This document shows positions 28,214-40,173 of a stretch of 64,000 bases of DNA, piece after piece. The notes beneath the pieces were generated by a model. That model had not been told where the DNA came from. It made no database searches and worked only from the letters and a program-made list of their open reading frames with translations. Source of the stretch: Syntrophorhabdaceae bacterium (lineage in GTDB: Bacteria > Desulfobacterota > Syntrophorhabdia > Syntrophorhabdales > Syntrophorhabdaceae); assembly GCA_963665295.1 (NCBI GenBank), contig OY762209.1:5312001-5376000 (forward strand), read 5' to 3'. Within the stretch, counting starts at the first letter, position 1; each line of letters opens with the position of its first letter. The position numbers and the translations under genes were made by a program.

Positions 28214-28867
28214 ATGACGACGAATGCAGAATCTGCTGAAGTGATGCGCGAGGAAATCCTCGCGGAAGCCCGGAGACAGGGCCGGGAAATTATCGAACGG
28301 GCCGTGAGGGATGCGGAAGCTGCCACGGCCCGTGCCGCCGCCGAAGCCGACGCGGTTCGCAAAGAACATGTCGACCGCGCCCGCGCTGAGGCAGCCCGTC
28401 AGAGGGAGATGATCCTCGCGACGATCACCGTGGAAACCGGCCGGCTCCAGGCGGAGCGTATCGAGACCCTGCTCGAATCGGTACGCCGTGATGTGCGCCG
28501 GCTGCTGCTGGCCCACGACGGTTTCGAATACAGGGAAACGGTAATTACCCTTGCCTCCCATGCCATACACCGGATGGCGGGCGAGACCATTGTGCTCCGC
28601 ATGTCGGAAACGGATCGCATCGCCCTGGGCAATGGATTCATCGAAGATATCGGGCATCGTGTAGGGCGGCCGGCCCTCTCCATTGCCGTTTCCTACGAGC
28701 CGGGCCTCGCGGATGACGGCGTGGTGGTGGAAGGCGCCGAGGCCCACCAGATGTGGGATAACCGCCTTACGAAAAGACTCGAGAGAATGTGGCCGGAGCT
28801 GAGGCGACACCTGGCCGTGCAGGCTTCGTTTGTCCCGAAACCGGAATCAGGAGAAGGTGGCCCATGA
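28214..28867 (+). CDS. V/A-type ATP synthase subunit E
   Basis: N-terminal coiled coil, GVVV...WDNRL; operon position. Confidence 0.85.
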   Translation: MTTNAESAEVMREEILAEARRQGREIIERAVRDAEAATARAAAEADAVRKEHVDRARAEAARQREMILATITVETGRLQAERIETLLESVRRDVRRLLLAHDGFEYRETVITLASHAIHRMAGETIVLRMSETDRIALGNGFIEDIGHRVGRPALSIAVSYEPGLADDGVVVEGAEAHQMWDNRLTKRLERMWPELRRHLAVQASFVPKPESGEGGP

Positions 28868-30651
28868 TCGCCGTTACGAAAGAGACCGAACCGGTAGTCA
28901 CCCGTATCAGCGGGCCCATTGTCACCGCCGTGGGGATGCAAGGGGCCGAGATGTATGAAGTGGTGCAAGTGGGGGACCTGGGCCTCGTGGGAGAGGTAGT
29001 GAGGCTGGTCGGTGACCATGCCACCATCCAGGTCTACGAGGACACTACCATGCTTTCTCCCGGGGCGCCGGTGCGATGCACGGGAGTCCCCTTGTCCGTG
29101 TGGCTCGGGCCGGGACTGATCGGTAATATTTACGACGGCATTCAACGTCCCTTGCCGGGAATCATGGCGCGTAGCGGCGCCTGGATACGCCGGGGCGAGA
29201 AGGTTGACTCCCTGGACACGGAGAAGCAGTGGACCTTTGAGCCCTCGGTCAAACTCGGTGAATCCGTGGTTGCCGGCCAGGCCATAGGTCAGGTTGCGGA
29301 GACCCCGCTGGTAATCCACAAGATCATGGCCCCGCCCGACGTCTCCGGCGTGGTGCAGTCCATAGTCGATAAGGGAGATTATGCGCTCCGCGACCCACTC
29401 GCCGTAATCGAGACTTCCACCGGTCCGCGGGAGGTCATAATGCTTCAGCAGTGGCCCGTGCGCGTGCCCCGTCCCATTTCCGAACGGATGCGGATTATAG
29501 AACCCCTGATCACGGGACAGCGCATCATAGATACCTTCTTCCCTATCGGCAAGGGCGGCGCAGCGGCCATACCCGGCGGGTTCGGCACAGGGAAGACGGT
29601 CACCCAGCACCAGCTCGCCAAGTGGTCCGATGCGTCAATCATTGTCTTCATCGGCTGCGGGGAGCGGGGGAATGAAATGACCGAGGTGCTCCGCGAGTTT
29701 CCCAAGCTTAAGGACCCGCGGTCCGGAAGGCCTCTCATGGAACGGACCATCCTCATCGCGAACACCTCCAACATGCCCGTGGCGGCTCGGGAAGTATCGA
29801 TCTACACGGGCATTACCCTCGCCGAATACTATCGGGATATGGGGCTCAGCGTGGCGGTCTTCGCCGACTCGACCAGCCGCTGGGCGGAGGCGCTGCGTGA
29901 ATTGGCGGCGCGGCTGGAAGAGATGCCCGCGGAAGAGGGCTTCCCCGCGTCTCTTCCCACGAGGCTTGCACAATTCTACGAGAGAGGCGGAGCGGTTACC
30001 ACCCTCGCAGGGGAGCCGGCTTCCGTGAGCATCGTGGGTGCGGTGAGCCCTCCCGGCGGAGATTTTTCCGAGCCCGTTACCCAACACACACGCCGTTTTG
30101 TCCGATGTTTCTGGGCCCTCGACACGGAACTGGCCAATGCCCGCCATTACCCTTCCATCCACTGGCTTCACTCCTATTCCGAATACGTGGAGGACGTGGC
30201 CGTCTGGTGGAAAAGACATGCCCCCGACTGGATCGAACTCAGGACCGAAGCCCTGACCCTCCTCCAGCGCGAGGACCGGCTCCAACAAATCGTGAAACTC
30301 GTGGGACCCGATGTCCTGCCCGACGGGCAGCGCCTGATCCTCTTCATCGCCGAGATTATGAAGGATGGTTTTCTGGCCCAGAGCGCCTCCGTTGAAAACG
30401 ACATGTATTGCACACCGGAAAGGCAGGTGACCCTTCTCAGGATCATCCTCACCCTGTACAGGAAAGGGCGGGATTTGATCCAGAACGGCGCCCCTCTCAC
30501 GCGTATCCGCGCCATGAACTGCGTGCCCCGGATACTTCGGGCAAAGGAGGCTTTCGGTAACGAAGACCTCGACAAACTGACGGAATTGGAACGGAAGGTC
30601 CTGGAGGAAATAGAAATGCTGTCGAAAGAATATCCCGGAAAGGTCGTGTGA
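28864..30651 (+). CDS. V/A-type ATP synthase catalytic subunit A
   Basis: GGFGTGKT P-loop, [21 protein letters not shown]. Confidence 0.96.
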   Translation: MIAVTKETEPVVTRISGPIVTAVGMQGAEMYEVVQVGDLGLVGEVVRLVGDHATIQVYEDTTMLSPGAPVRCTGVPLSVWLGPGLIGNIYDGIQRPLPGIMARSGAWIRRGEKVDSLDTEKQWTFEPSVKLGESVVAGQAIGQVAETPLVIHKIMAPPDVSGVVQSIVDKGDYALRDPLAVIETSTGPREVIMLQQWPVRVPRPISERMRIIEPLITGQRIIDTFFPIGKGGAAAIPGGFGTGKTVTQHQLAKWSDASIIVFIGCGERGNEMTEVLREFPKLKDPRSGRPLMERTILIANTSNMPVAAREVSIYTGITLAEYYRDMGLSVAVFADSTSRWAEALRELAARLEEMPAEEGFPASLPTRLAQFYERGGAVTTLAGEPASVSIVGAVSPPGGDFSEPVTQHTRRFVRCFWALDTELANARHYPSIHWLHSYSEYVEDVAVWWKRHAPDWIELRTEALTLLQREDRLQQIVKLVGPDVLPDGQRLILFIAEIMKDGFLAQSASVENDMYCTPERQVTLLRIILTLYRKGRDLIQNGAPLTRIRAMNCVPRILRAKEAFGNEDLDKLTELERKVLEEIEMLSKEYPGKVV

Positions 30652-30652
30652 T

Positions 30653-32083
30653 ATGGATATCGCGTACGAAACGGAAGACCGTGGACTGCAGTACATCGGC
30701 GCATCGCGCATCGAGGGGCCTCTGGTGGTGGTGGAACGGATCCGCAACGTGGGCTACGATGAAACCGTGGAGATCCTCGATTCCCTCGGTCGTCCCCGCC
30801 TTGGCCGCGTCCTCGATATTTCCGACACCCAGGCCGTCGTGCAGGTTCTTGAGGGCACCACGGGCCTGTCAAACCGGACCCTGCGCGCCCGCTTCCTGGG
30901 AGAGAGCTTTCGCCTCCCTGTTTCGCGCCATATGCTGGGGCGCGTCTTCGATGGCCTGGGCCGTCCTGCGGACGGTGGTCCGCCCCCGCTTTCCGCGGAA
31001 AGGCGCGACGTCAATGGAATGCCTATCAATCCATACGCGCGGCAATATCCGCGCGAATTCATCCAAACCGGTCTGTCCGCGATCGACGGGATGAACGCAT
31101 TGGTGCGCGGACAGAAATTGCCGGTCTTCTCCGGCAACGGCCTACCTCATGACAGGGTTTCCGCCCAGATCGTGAGGCAGGCACGTCTTCTCGAAGAGGA
31201 GGTCGAATTTTCCATCGTCTTCGCCGCCATGGGCGTGAAGCACGACGTGGCCGAATTCTTCATCCGCAACTTCCGCGACTCCGGCGCCCTCGCCCGGGCC
31301 ATCATGTTCTTCTCCCTCGCCGATGCGCCGAGCGTGGAGCGGCTCCTCACCCCGCGGGCCGCACTCACCATAGCGGAGCACCTTGCCTTTGACTGCGGGC
31401 AACACGTGCTCGTTCTCCTCACGGATATGACAAACTACTGCGAGAGCCTGCGGGAAGTCGGTACGGCCCGCGGGGAAATCCCGGGCCGCAAAGGCTATCC
31501 CGGTTACCTCTACTCCGATCTCGCGGGCATCTACGAGCGCGCCGGCCGTATCGAGGGTTCCTCCGGCTCCATTACACAGATGGCCATCCTCACCATGCCC
31601 GCGGACGACATCAGCCACCCCGTCCCGGACCTCACGGGGTACATCACGGAAGGACAGATCGTGCTTGACCGCGATCTCTTCCAACGCGGCGTGTACCCAC
31701 CTATCGCCGGACTGCCGAGCCTGTCACGCCTTATGAAAGACGGCGTGGGCAAAGGCTACACGCGGGAAGACCATCCGGCCCTTGCAAGCCAGTTGTTCGC
31801 GTGTTACGCCTATGTCAAGCGGGTGCGGGGACTGGCCGACGTCATCGGCGAGGAGGAATTGAGCCCCCTGGACAAGCTGTATCTCAAGTTCGGCGAAGCA
31901 TTTGAGACGCGTTACCTCAACCAGGGAGAATATGAGAACCGGTCCATTGAAGAAACACTCGAACTCGGCTGGGATGTGCTGTCCGTGCTGCCCCAGGATG
32001 AGTTGCACCGCGTGAACGACGCGCTGCTGAAGGAACACTACCGTGGGGACGGGAAGAACCCCGCCTCCACCGATCCCGCGTAA
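30653..32083 (+). CDS. V/A-type ATP synthase subunit B
   Basis: [37 protein letters not shown]. Confidence 0.96.
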   Translation: MDIAYETEDRGLQYIGASRIEGPLVVVERIRNVGYDETVEILDSLGRPRLGRVLDISDTQAVVQVLEGTTGLSNRTLRARFLGESFRLPVSRHMLGRVFDGLGRPADGGPPPLSAERRDVNGMPINPYARQYPREFIQTGLSAIDGMNALVRGQKLPVFSGNGLPHDRVSAQIVRQARLLEEEVEFSIVFAAMGVKHDVAEFFIRNFRDSGALARAIMFFSLADAPSVERLLTPRAALTIAEHLAFDCGQHVLVLLTDMTNYCESLREVGTARGEIPGRKGYPGYLYSDLAGIYERAGRIEGSSGSITQMAILTMPADDISHPVPDLTGYITEGQIVLDRDLFQRGVYPPIAGLPSLSRLMKDGVGKGYTREDHPALASQLFACYAYVKRVRGLADVIGEEELSPLDKLYLKFGEAFETRYLNQGEYENRSIEETLELGWDVLSVLPQDELHRVNDALLKEHYRGDGKNPASTDPA

Positions 32084-32109
32084 GGAGGTCCGGCGAAACT
32101 GAGCGGCCT

Positions 32110-32757
32110 ATGGGAAAACTGAATGTAGCACCCACAAAATCGAATCTCCTTTCATTGAAGCGGCAGCTTGCCTTTGCCGAAGAAGGCTACGACCTGCTGG
32201 AGCAGAAGCGCCAGATCCTGATCTTCGAACTCATGAGCCGCCTCGGCCGCGCCCGCGACGCGGAGCGCGATGCCGCCGAAGCGCTGCGAGGCGCCTTTGC
32301 CGCCCTCAGGGAGGCCCGGCTGGACGGAGGCTCGGAGGCGCTTGACCGCGCCGCTCTCGCGGTCAGCATGGATCACGAGATCAGCCTGTCTCACCAGCAC
32401 CTGATGGGCATGAAGATTCCTCGCGCCACGGTGCGCACGGAGCCGGTAGGCGTCCGGTTCGGCCTGGGCGGGACCACGGCCAACACCGATATCGCCATGA
32501 GCCGCTTCATCGAAGCCCTCCCCCTCCTCGTCCAACTGGCGGAACTCGAAACCGCGGTCATGCGTCTCGCCCGGGACCTCCGCAAAACTCAACGCCGATG
32601 CAACGCGCTCTCCAAAATATTCATGCCCGACTACCGCGAAACGATCAAATATATCACGGGTGCCCTGGAGGAACGGGAGCGGGAATCCCTCGTCATCATG
32701 AAGATGATCCGAAACCGCCTCAGGGATCCGCCCTCCGGAAATAATGGAGGCCCCTGA
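32110..32757 (+). CDS. V/A-type ATP synthase subunit D
   Basis: PTKSNLL, GYDLLEQKR, KTQRRCNAL, LEERERE. Confidence 0.94.
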   Translation: MGKLNVAPTKSNLLSLKRQLAFAEEGYDLLEQKRQILIFELMSRLGRARDAERDAAEALRGAFAALREARLDGGSEALDRAALAVSMDHEISLSHQHLMGMKIPRATVRTEPVGVRFGLGGTTANTDIAMSRFIEALPLLVQLAELETAVMRLARDLRKTQRRCNALSKIFMPDYRETIKYITGALEERERESLVIMKMIRNRLRDPPSGNNGGP

Positions 32758-33005
32758 CCCCGATCCCCGGCGCGCTCTCCCCGCGCGTTCAGCCCCTGAC
32801 CGACCCTGCAAGCAGATCTGTCTATTCTCCATCAGGCCACGCCGACTTCATCGGTGGAGAAGGGGTGAAGGGCCGCGGAAGAGTGCTTGACACGCGCGCC
32901 CCTGTCTGCTTAAATTGGATTCAAAGAAAACGGTCGAGGAGATAGGGGCAGCCTTCGATAGGAATATCGTTTCCGCGCCGTCATCGCGCCGGGAAGGAGC
33001 AAAGT

Positions 33006-33551
33006 ATGAGCAAGTTGAAATGTCTCAGCCGGTCTATCGCTGTGGTCCTGGGGTTTTTCCTCTGGACAGCAGGGGTCCATGCCATTGATTCAGACGTGAC
33101 AAGAAGCACCCTGAGCGGCATTCAGGGAGTCAATGTGGTCGTTGAGGAACTGCAGCCGAACCTTCAAAAATATGCGTCCAAATTCGGCCTCCAGAAAGAG
33201 AAGGTGAAAGCGGACGTGGAAGCTTCTTTAAGAAACGCGGGCATTGAGGTGCTGAACTACGACCAGTGGCTCAAGGCGCCGGGGCGACCCTTTCTCTATG
33301 TCGTCATCAACACCCATGAGTACGAGAAATACTGGTATGCTTATGCTCTCAAGGTAGAACTGCGACAGAGCGTGCTCCTGGAACTTAACCCGTCCATAAC
33401 GACCATGGCGGGAACATGGGGAATCAATATGGCGGGGACCACGAATGTGGGGAAGCTGAATACAATCAAGGAAGGGCTGAACGTGCTTATGGCAAAGTTC
33501 ATAGAGGCCTATCAAAGGGCGAATGCAAAGGACCCTGGTTTGAAGAAGTGA
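33006..33551 (+). CDS. Secreted hypothetical protein
   Basis: RBS AAGGAG, signal peptide ending GVHA. Confidence 0.7.
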   Translation: MSKLKCLSRSIAVVLGFFLWTAGVHAIDSDVTRSTLSGIQGVNVVVEELQPNLQKYASKFGLQKEKVKADVEASLRNAGIEVLNYDQWLKAPGRPFLYVVINTHEYEKYWYAYALKVELRQSVLLELNPSITTMAGTWGINMAGTTNVGKLNTIKEGLNVLMAKFIEAYQRANAKDPGLKK

Positions 33552-33629
33552 GATCCCGGGCACGGGGAAACAGGTCCCGGCCCCGAAGCGCCGGCGCGTG
33601 CCGGCGCGTGGTCGGGTGAAGCCTCCGGC

Positions 33630-34376
33630 TTATCTCCCGAAGACCGTTTTCAGAAGGTCCGTGGTCCTCGCGGCAGGGTTGGTCCTGATCTTCTTTTCCT
33701 CCTGACCCACCATAACAAATAGCCCGTCTAGGGCCTTGTTGGTCACGTAGTTGTCGAGATCCATCGATTCCTTGCTGATGAAGGGGACTGCATCGGCCTT
33801 CCCCATCATTTCCTTGTAGGCCCTCGTTACTCCGACCTGATTCATGGATGTGGAGACAACAGGTTTGAACTCATCCCGGAGCCTCGCCGAGGTTTTTGCC
33901 TTGAAGAAGTCCGTGGCTGCGGTGTTCCCTCCCTGGAGGATCTTCCGTGCGTCGTCGAAGTTCATGTTCTTTATGGCATCCACGAACAGGGCGGCCGCCT
34001 TGGGAGCCGCTTTTTCCGCGGCACGGTTCATGGAGAGGACAAAATCGTCGACCTGTTTCTGGTAACCCACTTTGCCGAGGGCATTGGCCATCATTTGAAC
34101 GTTCTCAGGAAGAACAATCTTGATCAACTGGTTGCTGAAGTAGCCGTCGGTCCTCGACACCGCTTTCACCGCGTTGCCCGTCCCTATTTCAAGGGCTTCC
34201 TTGAGGCCGGACACCGTAGTCTTGTTATCAGGACCTGCAACAGGGCCGGAAGATACCTGACCGGGAAGCTTTGCCGCACCCTTGAGCATGTCGTCAAGGC
34301 CGACCGGGTAACCGGAAGACACCAGGACCAACGAAAATAAGACCATTGAAAACATCGCGAAGAACACTCTTTTCAT
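33630..34376 (-). CDS. DUF4197 domain protein
   Basis: [38 protein letters not shown]. Confidence 0.9.
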   Translation of the reverse strand: MKRVFFAMFSMVLFSLVLVSSGYPVGLDDMLKGAAKLPGQVSSGPVAGPDNKTTVSGLKEALEIGTGNAVKAVSRTDGYFSNQLIKIVLPENVQMMANALGKVGYQKQVDDFVLSMNRAAEKAAPKAAALFVDAIKNMNFDDARKILQGGNTAATDFFKAKTSARLRDEFKPVVSTSMNQVGVTRAYKEMMGKADAVPFISKESMDLDNYVTNKALDGLFVMVGQEEKKIRTNPAARTTDLLKTVFGR

Positions 34377-34630
34377 CTTGACCTCCTTCAATCTTCTGCT
34401 CCTGTCGGGGTCCTGCACCTCCCCCTTATGTAGAGTATATACCGGCCGCCCGTAATGTAAAGCAAAACCCACCACGCCCGATAAGGCCCGTTCATAGCGG
34501 CTCCCGCCGCTGCCTCGCGCCCCCGCGCCTTTTGGACGTTCTCATGGGCACAATCCTTTTTTCACGGTCCGCCGGCTTTTCCGACGGCCCGGAACAGGAC
34601 GAAGGTTTTCACGCGGGAGAATCCGCGCCT

Positions 34631-35899
34631 TTACGCCTCGCCCGTTTCTTCCGGTTCGGGCAATTCCAGTGCCTTGATCGTCCCTATGGCCTTTCCCGCG
34701 ATCCCCTTGATGGAGCTATACATGTGGTTGGTGTTGAGGAGGACTTTCTGAATCTGCTTCTCCCGTTTCTTCCATATCCCCTCCATAGCCCTCTTCTCGC
34801 TGTCCATGTCCGTCTTCATCTGGGTGAAGCCCTCGACAATGGCCTCCACCTGCATACGGAATTCGGCGCCCGTCAGAAAATCATAGAGCATGTTCATCTT
34901 GTCGCCCTTGTTCTCCTGGGTCGTCACCGCGTCGCTTATGAGGACCACCGCCTCCCTCAAGACAAAACAAAGGGCCTTGAACTCTTCGAAGGTGCAGATC
35001 CATATCCCTTCCCTCTGTCCAAGGCGCTCCATCTCCTTAGGCAGGGCGTCGGTAACGAGCACGCCGAAGGTGGCGCCCTTGTCGCGCATGTCGGCCTTGA
35101 ACTTCTCAATCCATGTAGGCTGGAAGTCTTTCGTCCTCTTGCTCTCATAGTAAATGGACCCGCAGTTCTGCCTGGACCGGGTGTTGACCGCCTGGAAACA
35201 GTCCGCTCCCCGGACTCCTTTCTTTATCTCATCTATCGTATCGAGGGGAAAGTTGGCTCTCAGCCACTCTTCGATGGCCAACTCCTGGACCTCCCCCTGC
35301 ACCTGCATAGACCCCTGCTCCGCTTTACGCTGGGCCTCCTTGAGTTGCTGGTTCAACTGGTCTATCACATGGTCCTTCTCGGATATCTTGAGCCGGACCT
35401 TCTCCTCCACGGACTTCCTGATCTTTTCCCTTTCCTCGCTCACGGTTTCCGTGATCCTCCGCTCCGCCTCAGCCTCGATCTTCTCCTTCAATTCCGCTTT
35501 CTCGCGGGTGATCTTTTCCAGTTCGGCCCTGGTCTTGTGGAGGTCTTTCGCCTCTTCGATCTTCCGGTCGAGTTGTTCCTTGTAGGACTTTATCTCTTCC
35601 GACTTTTCCTCTCCGATCTGGTCGCGGAGTTTTCGCTCCAGCATCGATTTCTCGGCGTTCAGTTTCTTCCTCACGCCTCTTTCTATGGTCTCCTCGATCT
35701 CCTTCTTCTCATGGTCGAGGGACTCCTTCTCCCGGGCAAGCTCGCAGGACTTCTCGTCGTAAAGCTTCTGCTGCTCCAGGAGTTTCGCCGTGTATTCCTT
35801 CTTTATCTCCTCCTGAAGCTGGTGATAGAGAATTTCGTTCACATCGATCTCTTTGCCGCAGTTCGGACATTTGATGTGGGTGTTTTCCTGTGCCGTCAT
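34631..35899 (-). CDS. DUF2130 domain protein
   Basis: IKCPNCG, long coiled coil, QGSMQVQGEVQE, YESKRTK. Confidence 0.88.
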   Translation of the reverse strand: MTAQENTHIKCPNCGKEIDVNEILYHQLQEEIKKEYTAKLLEQQKLYDEKSCELAREKESLDHEKKEIEETIERGVRKKLNAEKSMLERKLRDQIGEEKSEEIKSYKEQLDRKIEEAKDLHKTRAELEKITREKAELKEKIEAEAERRITETVSEEREKIRKSVEEKVRLKISEKDHVIDQLNQQLKEAQRKAEQGSMQVQGEVQELAIEEWLRANFPLDTIDEIKKGVRGADCFQAVNTRSRQNCGSIYYESKRTKDFQPTWIEKFKADMRDKGATFGVLVTDALPKEMERLGQREGIWICTFEEFKALCFVLREAVVLISDAVTTQENKGDKMNMLYDFLTGAEFRMQVEAIVEGFTQMKTDMDSEKRAMEGIWKKREKQIQKVLLNTNHMYSSIKGIAGKAIGTIKALELPEPEETGEA

Positions 35900-36088
35900 T
35901 TGTTTTCCTTCTTTCAGGGTTATGGGGATAAGATGCGTTCCGACGCGGGAAATTCCCGCATCCGCGCCTTCCCCTGTAAGGGCTCTCTTCATTGTGACAT
36001 TGTAGGGAAGGGGTTGTCAAACAGGTTGCGGGGAACGAGGGGTCTTTCTCGCGTGCGTCACCGGCGGGCGAAGGGGTCTATGACGGGA

Positions 36089-36120
36089 ACCTCCCGGCGG
36101 GCATACTTCCGCCGGGAGGT
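36089..36120. terminator. Hairpin downstream of the MCP gene
   Basis: ACCTCCCGGCGG-N8-CCGCCGGGAGGT. Confidence 0.6.
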
Positions 36121-36128
36121 CGTTATTT

Positions 36129-37754
36129 TCACGTCTTGAACTGGTTTGCCATACTCTGGAGGTCTTCGCTCAGCCTGGAGAGTTCCCGGGAGGCCCCCGA
36201 AACCCCGCCGGAAGCCTGGGATGTCTCGCGCGATATGTGGGCAATGGATTCTATGTCCGTACTGATCTGTTCGGAGGTGGACGACATCTCCTCGATGGCG
36301 GAGGCGATCTGCTGCACCATGAACTGGAGGTCTTCCACGTTCTTGACAATCGTCTTCAACTCATCACCCGCCTTCGTGGAGAGTTGCACCCCGTTGTCCA
36401 CATTGGAGCTTACGAGTCCGATAGACGAGACGGCGCTCTTCACCTTGTTCTGGATTTCCTCCACGATGCCGTTTACTTCCGACGTGGCCCCCGTGGTCCT
36501 TTCCGCGAGTTTTCTCACCTCGTCGGCAACCACCGCGAAACCTCTCCCGTGTTCCCCAGCCCGCGCCGCCTCTATAGCCGCGTTGAGGGCCAGAAGGTTC
36601 GTCTGGTCGGCGATCTCGTTGATAATCCCGATGATCTCCCCCACTCTGTGAGACAGTTCAGTGAGTGATGTAATATGATCTACCGATTCATCCACCGTTT
36701 CGGCGATCTTTTTCACCTCGTACACGGCCTCTTCGACAATCTGTCCCCCTGCCCTCGCCGTGGAGGCGGCGTGAGTGGCGGTAGACGCGATATCCGAGGC
36801 GTTCTTGGCGATGTCTCCCACGGTTTGAGAAAGCTCCTCGGAGGCCGCAGCCACCTGTTGCGCCTTTTCGGCCTGGGTGCCGGACCCGCGCGACATCTGC
36901 TCCGCGCTGGCGCTCAGTTCCGCGCTCGATGACGCCACCGTGCTGGAGACCTGTTTCACGCTGTTGATAATATCCCTCCACTTCTCAAGCATCAGTCTGA
37001 CCGCCTCGGCCTCATCGCCGAACTCGTCTTTCCGGTCCACCCGGATATTGAGCGCGAGGTTGCCGCCCACGAGGAGATTCGCGGTCTTTATGCTGCGGCC
37101 GATGGGGACCGTGATGCTTCTTACAAGCAGGTACGTCACCGCGACGGCGAATACGATCGCCGCAACCCCCAGGCCGATAAGGACGAAGAAGGTAGTGCGG
37201 TACGAAGACTGGGCCTTTTCATAGCCCGCCATGATGCTCCGCTTATGGTGGTTCACCATCTGTTCCGCCGCTTCCGTAAGCTTGGCGGTGATCGCCCTGG
37301 TCTGGGTCATATATATAGTGGTTGCCTCGTCCATCTTGCCTGCCGCCGCCAGTTCCAGGGCCTTGTTGTTCGCTGCTTTTCCCGATGCGAGGGATTCCTT
37401 CAGCTTTGCGATCAGTTCTTTACCCTGCTGTTGGTCCTCTACCTTTTCAAGGCTTTCCATGGCTACCCGGTAGTCCTCTCTGGCCCCGTGGACCGCCTGG
37501 ATCGCTTCCTCCCGCGCGGCCTGGTCTTTTGCGATAAGGAGGGTGAGCAGTCCCTTGTCGATCTGCTGTACCGCCTCCTTGACCGCCGCCGCCGCGAGCA
37601 TCTTCGTATTGTCAACCGTTACGAAATTCTTGAACTGGCTGTTGATTGCCCTGACACTGACCATGCCCGTAATGATGAGCACCACCATGGCCGCGACAAG
37701 GCCGCCGAAGCCCAGACTTAACCTTTTACCCACCCCCATATCTTTCAGCCTCAT
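36129..37754 (-). CDS. Methyl-accepting chemotaxis protein (4HB sensor, HAMP)
   Basis: [38 protein letters not shown]. Confidence 0.96.
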   Translation of the reverse strand: MRLKDMGVGKRLSLGFGGLVAAMVVLIITGMVSVRAINSQFKNFVTVDNTKMLAAAAVKEAVQQIDKGLLTLLIAKDQAAREEAIQAVHGAREDYRVAMESLEKVEDQQQGKELIAKLKESLASGKAANNKALELAAAGKMDEATTIYMTQTRAITAKLTEAAEQMVNHHKRSIMAGYEKAQSSYRTTFFVLIGLGVAAIVFAVAVTYLLVRSITVPIGRSIKTANLLVGGNLALNIRVDRKDEFGDEAEAVRLMLEKWRDIINSVKQVSSTVASSSAELSASAEQMSRGSGTQAEKAQQVAAASEELSQTVGDIAKNASDIASTATHAASTARAGGQIVEEAVYEVKKIAETVDESVDHITSLTELSHRVGEIIGIINEIADQTNLLALNAAIEAARAGEHGRGFAVVADEVRKLAERTTGATSEVNGIVEEIQNKVKSAVSSIGLVSSNVDNGVQLSTKAGDELKTIVKNVEDLQFMVQQIASAIEEMSSTSEQISTDIESIAHISRETSQASGGVSGASRELSRLSEDLQSMANQFKT

Positions 37755-37872
37755 GACAAAACTCCTCCTTAGCGATAAATGTACTCGAAGCGCAAATCGG
37801 ATTTCTGCCGAAGTCCCGGAGGGACCATGTTCCGATTGGCGCCGCTCGATGTGTTTTCCTGTATTACTAGTC

Positions 37873-37899
37873 CTATCGGTCGATCCCGGCCATTCTTAA
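37873..37899 (-). promoter_or_regulatory. Putative sigma28 (FliA) promoter for the MCP gene
   Basis: Minus strand TTAAGAAT-N11-ACCGATAG versus consensus TAAAGTTT-N11-GCCGATAA. Confidence 0.5.
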
Positions 37900-38409
37900 G
37901 AAATAATTCACAACTTCTTTCGGGATGAGCCGTCCCGAATTCCCCGGGCAGCAGTGTCCCCCATCGTGCCTTCGCCCTGTCGGCACGATGGGAATGAGGA
38001 CGCCCTGGGCTTCACCGGCTATCCTGAATCAGGTGGCCGATTCACCCCGGGCGTCGGGGGGATTGCCTTCCCTTTGCGTCTTCTTCCTGATTACACATCC
38101 GTGGGGAATAAGACAATCCACAACCTCACCCGCGCCGGGAGGGAGTGCGCAGGTATAAGCTTCATAAGAAAGATCATTACCTTATGAGAGACCAGCCGCA
38201 CCGCGGCTTTACATCAAGCGTACAAAAGCAAAACCGGCCCACGAGGTTTTATTGTATTAAATAAAATACATTTTTCCCTCAAGTTTTCTTGACACTACCG
38301 TGCAGCTATGGTACACATTTCCGGACAGACCAGGATTGTGGCCGGACTTAGGACGAGCGCAGCCCCGCCGCGACTGGTCCCCCCAAAAAACCTTTCAAGG
38401 AGACTCGAT

Positions 38410-39915
38410 ATGAACATCGCGACGAATTTAGAGGCATCCCAGTTCTTCTTCCCTGACCGACCGGCCGTTCGGGAGGGAGGCGTGGATGTGACGTACACCC
38501 GCCTCAATGAGGAGGCAAACAGGGTAGCAACGGGCCTTATCAAACTAGGGGTAAACCCGGGCGACCTGGTGGCCGTCTGCGCAACGAACTCCTCCCAGTG
38601 GGTCTCGTTCTACTACGGCGTACTCAAGGCAGGCGCGGTAGCAGTTACCCTTTCCAGTGGTCTCACTCCCGATGAACTTACGCTCCTTCTCAACCATGCA
38701 AGGCCCCGCATCATCTTTACCGATCCCGTCAGAGTCAAGGACCTGAGGGGACCGAAGGCCCCGGAGACAATTGAAAAGATCATCTGCCAGGGCGGCGACA
38801 TGGATATGGCGGCCCTCATGGCAACGGGTTCTCCCTCCTTCAAGGCCATTGACCGGGACCGTGACGATACGGCAGCCGTCCTTTACACGGGAGGCACCAC
38901 GGGCATGCCGAAAGGTGTCATGCTGACTCACGAAGGCATCAATTTCACCTACCGCGCCGTTGCCTTCAGCGAACGGACCACACAGGAAGACTGCGCCCTC
39001 TGTTTTCTCCCTTTCAACCACGTGTTCGGTCAGAACCATATACTCGGTTCCACCATCCATAGCGGCGGCTGCGTGGAGATGCTCTCCGCCTTCGATGTGG
39101 AGCCCGCCCTCGAGGCAACAGCCTCCGGCCGGGTAACCAAGTTTTTTGCCGTGCCCACCATCTATGTCCGTCTCCTCACTGTCCCGAACCTCAAACAAAG
39201 ACTTGGGAAATTACGGTACTGTTTTTCCGCGGGTTCCAGCATGCCTCTCGAAGTAGTGCGGCAGTGGAAGGAGCAGACCGGCATCAACATTTCCGAGTCC
39301 TACGGAATGACGGAAGGTATTCCGGTAACCTTCAACCACTATTATCCGGAAAAACATGTGGTCGGTTCCGTGGGTACCCCCGTGCACAGCGTGGAAATCC
39401 AGATCAGAGACATCTCCGGAAATATCCTCGGAGAAGGCCAGGAAGGCGAGATATGCTTCAGGGGACGCAATCTCATGAAGGGGTACCTGAACAATCCCGA
39501 GGCCACGAAAGAGACTTTCTGGGAAAACGGCTGGCTCCGCACCGGTGACATCGGGTACTTTGACTCCGGTAATTTCTTCTACATTGTCGACCGCCTCAAA
39601 GACCTCATCATTACGGGTGGAGAGAACGTCTACCCCAGGGAAGTGGAAGAGGTGCTTTACACAAGGCCCGAGGTGCAGGAATGCGCGGTTATCGGACTCC
39701 CCGACAAACAGTGGGGCGAACGGGTGGCGGCTTTCATCGTGACGAAAGAGGGCAAGACCATCGCCACCGACGAATTGAAGGCTTACCTCAAATCCCGTCT
39801 CTCCCCGTACAAAGTCCCCAAGGAGTATGTAACCCTGGCGGAACTCCCGAAAAGCCCCGCGGGCAAGATACTGAAGCGGGAGATAAGAAAACAGTTCATC
39901 GACGCAAAGAAATAG
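38410..39915 (+). CDS. Long-chain-fatty-acid--CoA ligase family (AMP-binding) enzyme
   Basis: YTGGTTGMPKG, YGMTE, TGDIG, DRLKDLIITGGENVYPREVE. Confidence 0.93.
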   Translation: MNIATNLEASQFFFPDRPAVREGGVDVTYTRLNEEANRVATGLIKLGVNPGDLVAVCATNSSQWVSFYYGVLKAGAVAVTLSSGLTPDELTLLLNHARPRIIFTDPVRVKDLRGPKAPETIEKIICQGGDMDMAALMATGSPSFKAIDRDRDDTAAVLYTGGTTGMPKGVMLTHEGINFTYRAVAFSERTTQEDCALCFLPFNHVFGQNHILGSTIHSGGCVEMLSAFDVEPALEATASGRVTKFFAVPTIYVRLLTVPNLKQRLGKLRYCFSAGSSMPLEVVRQWKEQTGINISESYGMTEGIPVTFNHYYPEKHVVGSVGTPVHSVEIQIRDISGNILGEGQEGEICFRGRNLMKGYLNNPEATKETFWENGWLRTGDIGYFDSGNFFYIVDRLKDLIITGGENVYPREVEEVLYTRPEVQECAVIGLPDKQWGERVAAFIVTKEGKTIATDELKAYLKSRLSPYKVPKEYVTLAELPKSPAGKILKREIRKQFIDAKK

Positions 39916-39937
39916 TCTCACCGGTTCCGATCGGAAC

Positions 39938-39978
39938 ACGGGCCCCCGCGACTTCAGGGTTGCAGGGGCCCGTTTTAT
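39938..39978 (+). terminator. Rho-independent terminator
   Basis: ACGGGCCCC...GGGGCCCGT followed by a T run. Confidence 0.55.
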
Positions 39979-40173
39979 ATGAGCGTTCAACCCGTCACCC
40001 TGTACTTCAGGGGTGGGTCCAAAGCCTGAAAACAGGGCATTCTTCCGGATTTGTGAGCATTATCTCGCACAAACCGCCCGTGACCGGAATAGCGGCAATG
40101 TTTCACAACTACGTTATTTGTTCTCACACATCTGATATAATATTGTCAGCATACTGATGCATACCGAACCTAT

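Noticed and set aside
34532..36139. 535-aa plus-strand ORF
   Set aside because: Antisense shadow of the DUF2130 gene with no recognisable motifs; common in GC-rich coding DNA.
38289..38299. GACACTACC resembling the element B right end
   Set aside because: Only 9 bp, no TCAAACT and no partner; it is better read as a TTGACA -35 box for the CoA ligase gene.
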